The position numbers and the translations under genes were made by a program. DNA of 64,000 nt from Candidatus Woesearchaeota archaeon (GTDB lineage Archaea; Nanobdellota; Nanobdellia; Woesearchaeales; WJKL01). Shown here one piece after another: positions 57,953 to 64,000 of the stretch. The notes under the pieces are model-generated. The model saw only the letters and a list, made by a program, of their open reading frames with translations. It was not told the origin of the DNA and did not search any database. Numbering within the stretch: the stretch's first letter is position 1; each line of letters opens with the position of its first letter. The DNA lies in assembly GCA_014729675.1 (NCBI GenBank), contig WJJM01000055.1:326-64325 (forward strand), in the 5' to 3' direction.

Positions 57953-59651
57953 GGCTAAAAAGATATTTACGAATGTAAGGATAATAATAGCATTGATATT
58001 TATAGTGCTGGCTTTAGTAGCCATCCATCCAAATCCATGGGCCAGTGGAGCAACTATAAGAAATGTTGCTGTAAACAGCTCTGCTTCTTTAGCAGGAATA
58101 GAAAGCCCTGAGCCAAATTCTCCGCCAATGGGCAGGGAAAGGATAATCGCCATAAACAGCAAGCCTGTAGAGAGCGAAGCAGATTATCATCATATAGTTT
58201 CAGGATTGGAGCCAAACAGGACAGTACATATAAAGACAGATGAAGGCCTTTATAAGCTAAAGACAAGGGCATTGACAGAGACCATAATCCTGGATGAGAT
58301 CGAGACTGTGGAAGTTGTTGAAGAAGTTTTTGATGAAGAGACCAATACAACAAAGAATGTCACTAAGAAAGTCACAAGGAACAAGACAAGGACAATTGTT
58401 AAAGGTACAGAGGATCTGGGATTAAGTGTCTACGATTCTCCCAGCACAAATATAAGAAAAGGCCTTGAGCTGCAGGGGGGAACAAGAGTGCTTCTTCAGC
58501 CTGAAGAAGAGCTTACTGAAGAAGAGATGAGCATGCTTATAGACAATATGAGATACAGGCTCAATATATACGGGCTTAGTGATGTCATAGTCAGGGAAGC
58601 AGGCGACCTTAGCGGAAACCAATATGTAGTGGCTGAGATAGCAGGAGCAAAAGAAAGTGAAGTAAAAGAACTGCTTTCAAGACAGGGAAAATTTGAAGCA
58701 AAAGTAGGAAATGAGACAGTTTTCAGAGGAGGAAATGACATCACATATGTATGCAGGAGCGCTGACTGCTCTGGAATAGACCCTATGTCTGGCTGCGGAA
58801 AGGCAGCAGAAAACCAGTGGGTCTGCAAGTTTAGATTTTCAATATCATTAACACCAGAAGCAGCCGAAAGGCAGGCTGAAGCTACAGATGATCTTGAAGT
58901 TATAACTGATAATAATGACCAGTATCTGAGTGAGAAACTATATCTCTATCTTGACAACAAACAGGTTGATGAGCTTAACATAGGAGCTGATCTTAAAGGC
59001 CATGCAGCTACAGAGATAGCGATATCAGGATCAGGTGTAGGTGCAACGCAGCAGGAAGCTGTATACAATTCACTTGACAACATGAAAAGGATGCAGACCA
59101 TCCTTATAACAGGAAGCCTTCCTGTAAGTCTCGAGATAGTAAAAACAGATTCTATAAGCCCTGTATTTGGAGCTGAGTTCATAAGCAATTCTTTGATGAT
59201 AGGGCTTGCAGCTATAGCTGCTGTAGTTATTGTGATATTCTTGAGATACAGGAGACTGAAAGTAGCAGTGCCTATGTTATTTACTTCTATAACAGAAGTC
59301 ATAATTCTTTTGGGAGTTGCTTCTCTTATAGGCTGGAATCTTGACCTTGCTGCTATCGCAGGAATAATCATAGCAGTAGGAACTGGAGTAGACCATCAGG
59401 TCGTTATCACTGATGAGACATTGGAAGGCAGTTCAGGTGAGATACATGACTGGAAAAAGAGGATAAAAAAGGCATTTGGAATAATCATGGGAGCTTATTT
59501 CACTACATTTGTAGCGATGATACCATTATGGTTTGCAGGAGCAGGTTTGCTTAAAGGGTTTGCATTGACTACTATAATAGGAATAAGCGGTGGTGTTTTG
59601 ATAACAAGGCCTGCTTATGCTTCAGTTATTGAGATACTTTTGAAAGAATGA
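57942..59651 (+). CDS. secD: protein-export membrane protein SecD
   Basis: 569 aa with a large extracytoplasmic domain and a C-terminal 5-TM block homologous to SecF. Confidence 0.75.
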   Translation: MKAKAKKIFTNVRIIIALIFIVLALVAIHPNPWASGATIRNVAVNSSASLAGIESPEPNSPPMGRERIIAINSKPVESEADYHHIVSGLEPNRTVHIKTDEGLYKLKTRALTETIILDEIETVEVVEEVFDEETNTTKNVTKKVTRNKTRTIVKGTEDLGLSVYDSPSTNIRKGLELQGGTRVLLQPEEELTEEEMSMLIDNMRYRLNIYGLSDVIVREAGDLSGNQYVVAEIAGAKESEVKELLSRQGKFEAKVGNETVFRGGNDITYVCRSADCSGIDPMSGCGKAAENQWVCKFRFSISLTPEAAERQAEATDDLEVITDNNDQYLSEKLYLYLDNKQVDELNIGADLKGHAATEIAISGSGVGATQQEAVYNSLDNMKRMQTILITGSLPVSLEIVKTDSISPVFGAEFISNSLMIGLAAIAAVVIVIFLRYRRLKVAVPMLFTSITEVIILLGVASLIGWNLDLAAIAGIIIAVGTGVDHQVVITDETLEGSSGEIHDWKKRIKKAFGIIMGAYFTTFVAMIPLWFAGAGLLKGFALTTIIGISGGVLITRPAYASVIEILLKE

Positions 59652-59655
59652 AAAG

Positions 59656-60039
59656 ATGGCTACAAAGAGATGGGCAATAGGACTTGTATTGATATGTACC
59701 TTATTCACTTCTTCTGCACAGGTGTTTTTCAAGTTTGGAGCAGAGATACTTGAATTTGATATATTGAAGATAATCACAAACTATTATCTTATTGGAGGAT
59801 TAATGCTTTATGCTCTTGGAGCTGTGCTGCTGATAACTGCGCTTAAAGGAGGAGAACTTAGTGTGCTTTATCCAATAATCTCTACAAGCTATATATGGGT
59901 AGCATTGTTGTCCAGTTATTTTTTTGGGGATTCCCTTAATATGTTCAAATGGGCAGGAATATTTTTGATAGTGTTTGGAGTGAGTTTTGTAGGATTTGGA
60001 AGCAGGGACGGAAGCATGACATATACAGAGGCGATATGA
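59656..60039 (+). CDS. 4-TM EamA/DMT-like half-transporter
   Basis: 127 aa; paralogous to the next gene (ALKGGELSVLYPI...YIWVALLS vs ALKGGDLSVLYPL...YIWVSLLS). Confidence 0.6.
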   Translation: MATKRWAIGLVLICTLFTSSAQVFFKFGAEILEFDILKIITNYYLIGGLMLYALGAVLLITALKGGELSVLYPIISTSYIWVALLSSYFFGDSLNMFKWAGIFLIVFGVSFVGFGSRDGSMTYTEAI

Positions 60040-60386
60040 TGACAACAGAACTATGGTCGATAGGACTTGTAATATTTGCTTCTGCAATAGGGAGCCTTGG
60101 ACCTATATTTCTTAAGAAAGCGTCAGCTAATGTTTCTTTTAGTGTCAGATCTTTATTTGACAAGAAGCTGATAGCAGGCATATTTTTTTATGGGATGGCC
60201 ACTATATTTTTTATCCCTGCTCTGAAAGGAGGAGACCTAAGCGTGCTCTATCCATTGGTAGCTACCATGTACATATGGGTAAGCCTTTTATCTGTAAACT
60301 TTTTAAATGAGAAAATGAATAAATTTAAATGGATAGGCATATTATCTATAATATTAGGTGTTGCATTCATAGGATTAGGAAGTTAA
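60036..60386 (+). CDS. 4-TM EamA/DMT-like half-transporter, paralog 2
   Basis: Start taken at MMTTELW (ATGATG overlapping the upstream TGA). Confidence 0.6.
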   Translation: MMTTELWSIGLVIFASAIGSLGPIFLKKASANVSFSVRSLFDKKLIAGIFFYGMATIFFIPALKGGDLSVLYPLVATMYIWVSLLSVNFLNEKMNKFKWIGILSIILGVAFIGLGS

Positions 60387-60530
60387 ACTTGTTTAATCCG
60401 ATGCATTCCATTAGATGGTCCATAAAGTGATTGTAATTCCTTATGGAAGGTATTTCAACATATACCTGAGAAAATAGAATGATAAAAAAAGAGATTGTTA
60501 GATGTGGTATAGTATGGTAAAGAAAAAAGT

Positions 60531-60660
60531 GATTGTCATCTCTGGGACTATAATGCGCTCTGTGCATCATAGAACCACCCCATCAGTAGAAGAAATACAT
60601 GATTGTCCCACCCCATCAGGTGATACAGTATGGTAAAGAAAAAGGTGATTATCATCTCTG
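60531..60660. repeat. 34-bp duplication of the pyrH 5' end (agtatggtaaagaaaaa[a/g]gtgatt[g/a]tcatctctg) at 60531-60564 and 60627-60660; plus ccaccccatcag twice
   Basis: 31/34 identical. The upstream copy opens a 40-codon uORF (MVKKKVIVISGTIMRSVHH...) that ends overlapping the pyrH ATG. Confidence 0.8.
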
Positions 60661-61307
60661 TTGGAGGAAGCGTCATTGTCCCAGATGATATAGATGTTGG
60701 CTTTCTTAAGGAACTGAACAAGCTTGTTAGAGATTACAAGGATAAATATAAATTCATACTCATAACCGGTGGAGGAAGTACTGCAAGAGAATATCAAAAA
60801 GCTGCTGATTCTGTCGCTGAATTGGATGCTGAAGACCTAGACTGGCTGGGAATACATGCAACAAGGCTTAATGCACACCTGCTTAGAACTATATTCAAGG
60901 ATATTGCGTACAGTAGATTTATAAAGAATCCTGGGAAAAAGGTGAAATTTGACAATGTGCTTATAGCAGCAGGATGGAAGCCAGGGTTCTCTACTGATTA
61001 TGATGCTGTTAAGCTGGCAGAAACATACAATTCTGAAACAGTGGTAAACATGACAAATATAGAGTATCTTTATGAGAAAGACCCTACTATCTATAAGAAT
61101 GCAAAAAAGATAGAGAAGACAGATTGGGAAGGGTTAAAAAGCATTGTAGGAGAAAAATGGGTCCCTGGTATGAACACACCTTTTGATCCAGAAGCTGTAA
61201 AAAAAGGAGTCAAACTCGGCCTGAAACTTGTGCTTGTAGGGAATAATCTGCATAATTTCAGGAAATTTTTAGATGGAAAAAAATTCAAAGGGAGTATTGT
61301 CGAATGA
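60630..61307 (+). CDS. pyrH: UMP kinase (archaeal amino-acid-kinase family)
   Basis: KVIIISVGGSVI ... ILITGGGSTAREY. Confidence 0.85.
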   Translation: MVKKKVIIISVGGSVIVPDDIDVGFLKELNKLVRDYKDKYKFILITGGGSTAREYQKAADSVAELDAEDLDWLGIHATRLNAHLLRTIFKDIAYSRFIKNPGKKVKFDNVLIAAGWKPGFSTDYDAVKLAETYNSETVVNMTNIEYLYEKDPTIYKNAKKIEKTDWEGLKSIVGEKWVPGMNTPFDPEAVKKGVKLGLKLVLVGNNLHNFRKFLDGKKFKGSIVE

Positions 61308-61322
61308 TGGGATTTTTTAAAA

Positions 61323-61823
61323 ATGATACTAACTAAAGATAAAATATTGGACGAAATAAAGAAAAAAAACATCATCGTAACACCTTTTTCTAGGAAGAAT
61401 GTCGGACCTGCTTCTGTGGATCTGACATTGGATGGTAAGTTCAGGCTGTTCAAAAAAGGGCTTGATGTAAATGTTGATGAAAGAAAGGATTACAAGAAAA
61501 TAAGCAGTTTGAGAAAGACAAATGAACTAGTGCTTGAACCGGGTGATTTTGCATTAGGAATAACTAAAGAGGAGATAAAGCTTTCTGAAAACATCTGCGG
61601 ATGGCTGGGGGGAAGGAGCAGGTTTGCAAGATTGGGCATGCTTATCCATTCAACTGCAGCATTTGTGCAGCCAGGGGTGGACAACAGACAAGTTTTGGAG
61701 ATAAAAAACCTAAGTGAGAACAGGCTTATATTAAAGGCAGGGATTAAGATATGCCAGATGATGTTTGAAAGGACAGAAGGAAAAGCAAGATATAAAGGCA
61801 AGTTCAACAAGCAGGAACTTTAG
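61323..61823 (+). CDS. dcd: dCTP deaminase / dUTPase-fold protein
   Basis: GPASVDLTL and other dCTP-deaminase blocks; 166 aa. Confidence 0.8.
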   Translation: MILTKDKILDEIKKKNIIVTPFSRKNVGPASVDLTLDGKFRLFKKGLDVNVDERKDYKKISSLRKTNELVLEPGDFALGITKEEIKLSENICGWLGGRSRFARLGMLIHSTAAFVQPGVDNRQVLEIKNLSENRLILKAGIKICQMMFERTEGKARYKGKFNKQEL

Positions 61824-62164
61824 ATCTCGATAACTTCTTCTTTTTTATCTTTTTCAGGCTTTTCTTTGCTATCGGATTTTTTTTCTTTTGAAGATTCTTT
61901 GTCTTCTTTAGAATACTTTCCTTTTTTTTTCTTATATTTTGAGACTGTTGTATTGAAGAATGTTTTTGTTCCCCAGATTATAAGAAATATAGATATCAAT
62001 ATAACTAAAAACCATATCAATATCTGGATCAGGAACTGTGAAAATGAGCATATTGAAGGGTTTAGTCCGCAGGCAAATCCCCCTATAATGACAGAATCTC
62101 TTATCTTGAAGAACAATGCCAGAATCAGGCTTGCCAACAGTTTGAACTTTAACAGCTTTTTCAT
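61820..62164 (-). CDS. small membrane protein with a K/E-rich tail
   Basis: 2 TM plus KKKGKYSKEDKESSKEKKSDSKEKPEKDKKEE. Confidence 0.4.
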   Translation of the reverse strand: MKKLLKFKLLASLILALFFKIRDSVIIGGFACGLNPSICSFSQFLIQILIWFLVILISIFLIIWGTKTFFNTTVSKYKKKKGKYSKEDKESSKEKKSDSKEKPEKDKKEEVIEI

Positions 62165-62480
62165 GTTATGTTATTTGTTTTGTTTTATATAAAAAGTTTT
62201 GTATTTATTGCAGGGTTATTTTTAAGGCACACTAGAAAATCTTATTGATAAATATCTTCTATAGATTGCTCAATAGGGTGGTGGAACGGACTCACCACAT
62301 GAAATAAGAAGTCAATAAACTTAAGAGTTTGATGTGCAGAATTGGATGTCCAAGGTGGCTGCATCAATTTGGACCAAAGAAATCTGTCTTTTGGCAGCGT
62401 AATTAAAAAAAAGTTTTTATACTATTAATCATCTATAAGGTTATAATCGTAAAATCATATAAAAAAATGAGGTGTAAACA

Positions 62481-64000
62481 ATGAAGAAAACAGTTTTAAT
62501 ATTAAGCTTGATACTTGTTCTTTTTTCTGGTCAAGTTTTTGCAGCAGATTATGTTGGAAAGATCCTTTACGGTTCTGAAACATCTTTTTATGAAGTAACT
62601 AACGACGGACTTATTGAAAAGATAGATGGTGCACAAGATAGTGAAGCAAAAGACATACAATCAGCAGACTTTGACAATGATGGAAATATAGATTACATTG
62701 TTTCTTATCTGGATTCAACTAAGATCTATTTTGGGGATGGATCTGGAAATTTTGTCTATTCTGGAAGTCCAAGCAATACAAACACTGAAATAGTTAACTT
62801 AGCAGTTGGCGATTTTGACAAGGATAATGATGTTGATTATGCTGCTATTGGTATTAGCAGTTCTTCAGTATATCTTAATGACGGCACAGGTACATTTACC
62901 CAATCAAGCACATTTGCAGGAGGATATTATACACCTGAAGTGAGAGATTTTGACAATGACGGCGATGTTGACATTTTGATGGGGAATTCTTACTCAGCTA
63001 TAGGTTTATTCTTAAATGACGGCACAGGTACATTTACCCAAGGAGCATACAACAAATCTATTATTTTTATCTCTGGAAATATCATAACTGATGATTTTGA
63101 TGGAGACAATAATCTTGACTATGCTATTGTTGAATACACCACTGCATTAAGTATCTCTTTATATATGGGGGATGGTGCAGGCAACTTTAGTCCAGGATGG
63201 TCATATGCACTTTCTGGTTTTTACAATTCAGTTATTGCATCAGGAGACCTTAATGGTGATGGTTATCCAGAAATTGTTTATGGGCGCGATTTTGACTATT
63301 TAGGAGATGGAGGTACAACCCAGATATTTATCAATAATCAAGATGGCACATTCACTTTAGATACTCAGTCAGTGATGTACCCTTCAGCAACAGCAGATCT
63401 ATTGATTTTGGATGTAGATGGAGATGATGATCTTGATATACTTGAAGGTGATACATATGGCGGCAATGGTAATCATCCTGAAGAATCAAAAGGAGATATT
63501 GACAAGATATATCTTAATGATGGAAACGGAGTTTTTACTGTTGACCCAAGGACTGCATTCTTTCCAGGAGCGACAATAAGCATACATGCAGAAGATTTCA
63601 ACAATGACGGCTATGCAGATTATTTTGAAGCAAACAGTCCTTATGATAGCGGGCATTTTAAGAATGAAAAGATGTACACAAATGATGGGTCAGGCGAATT
63701 TTCTTTAGAATGGTATTCAGAATTTGAGAAACTTCTTGATTTAACATCTGCTGTTGGAGATTTTGATGGTGACGGGGATATCGATGTTGTGGCTGCTTAT
63801 GAAGAACCTTCTGACTGGACGCTGCATCCTCTCATCTTGCTGAAGAATGACGGATCAGGCCAATTTTCTGAACAGTTGATCAAAACACATACTTCAGACC
63901 AGGCCATAAGAGATATAGCTACAGGAGACATAGACAATGACGGAGATCTTGATTTTGTTATTAACCAAGGCTCCCAGGGTTTTTATATCTTCAAGAACAA
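62481..64000 (+). CDS. secreted FG-GAP/VCBS-like repeat protein (beta-propeller), 3'-partial at the window end
   Basis: Signal peptide MKKTVLILSLILVLFSGQVFA; repeated DFDNDG/DFDGDG/DVDGDDD Ca-binding motifs; runs off the window end. Confidence 0.7.
   Translation, partial: MKKTVLILSLILVLFSGQVFAADYVGKILYGSETSFYEVTNDGLIEKIDGAQDSEAKDIQSADFDNDGNIDYIVSYLDSTKIYFGDGSGNFVYSGSPSNTNTEIVNLAVGDFDKDNDVDYAAIGISSSSVYLNDGTGTFTQSSTFAGGYYTPEVRDFDNDGDVDILMGNSYSAIGLFLNDGTGTFTQGAYNKSIIFISGNIITDDFDGDNNLDYAIVEYTTALSISLYMGDGAGNFSPGWSYALSGFYNSVIASGDLNGDGYPEIVYGRDFDYLGDGGTTQIFINNQDGTFTLDTQSVMYPSATADLLILDVDGDDDLDILEGDTYGGNGNHPEESKGDIDKIYLNDGNGVFTVDPRTAFFPGATISIHAEDFNNDGYADYFEANSPYDSGHFKNEKMYTNDGSGEFSLEWYSEFEKLLDLTSAVGDFDGDGDIDVVAAYEEPSDWTLHPLILLKNDGSGQFSEQLIKTHTSDQAIRDIATGDIDNDGDLDFVINQGSQGFYIFKN

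Overview
AT-rich archaeal chromosomal segment. The archaeal call rests on the ribosomal/RNAP cluster S13-S4-S11-RpoD-L18e-L13-S9-RpoN, Sec61beta, NAC, Topo VI A/B, archaeal DnaG, ABCE1, aDim2-like KH protein, presenilin homolog, archaeal-type RNase P and SRP RNAs, and intron-containing tRNAs. It nevertheless carries many bacterial-type genes: GyrA, PlsX, a DnaN-like beta clamp, RadC, and an OmpA-like beta-barrel with a lipoprotein. This mix, the KE-rich tails and the non-canonical tRNA introns are consistent with a DPANN-like lineage, but that is inference only. The first ~13 kb looks accessory. It holds RadC with a DnaN-like clamp. It holds a minimal GGDEF-like cyclase module placed divergently from a nucleotidyltransferase/dNMP-kinase-like pair. 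It holds two paralogous tiny acidic proteins. It also holds a ~5.3 kb element bounded by 175-bp direct repeats that carries a tyrosine recombinase and bacterial-type envelope proteins; the two repeat copies differ by a double compensatory change in a hairpin. Features not explained by the ORF track include RNase P RNA, SRP RNA on the minus strand with an unusual helix-8 tetraloop, Sec61beta, tRNA-His, three intron-bearing tRNAs (one with a T-loop intron, one apparently with two introns), a dispersed intergenic repeat family, a duplicated pyrH start that creates a uORF, a type II R-M pair, and an unexplained two-paralog+MinD+membrane operon. Everything is read from the sequence by eye. No database searches were run, so family assignments are motif-based.
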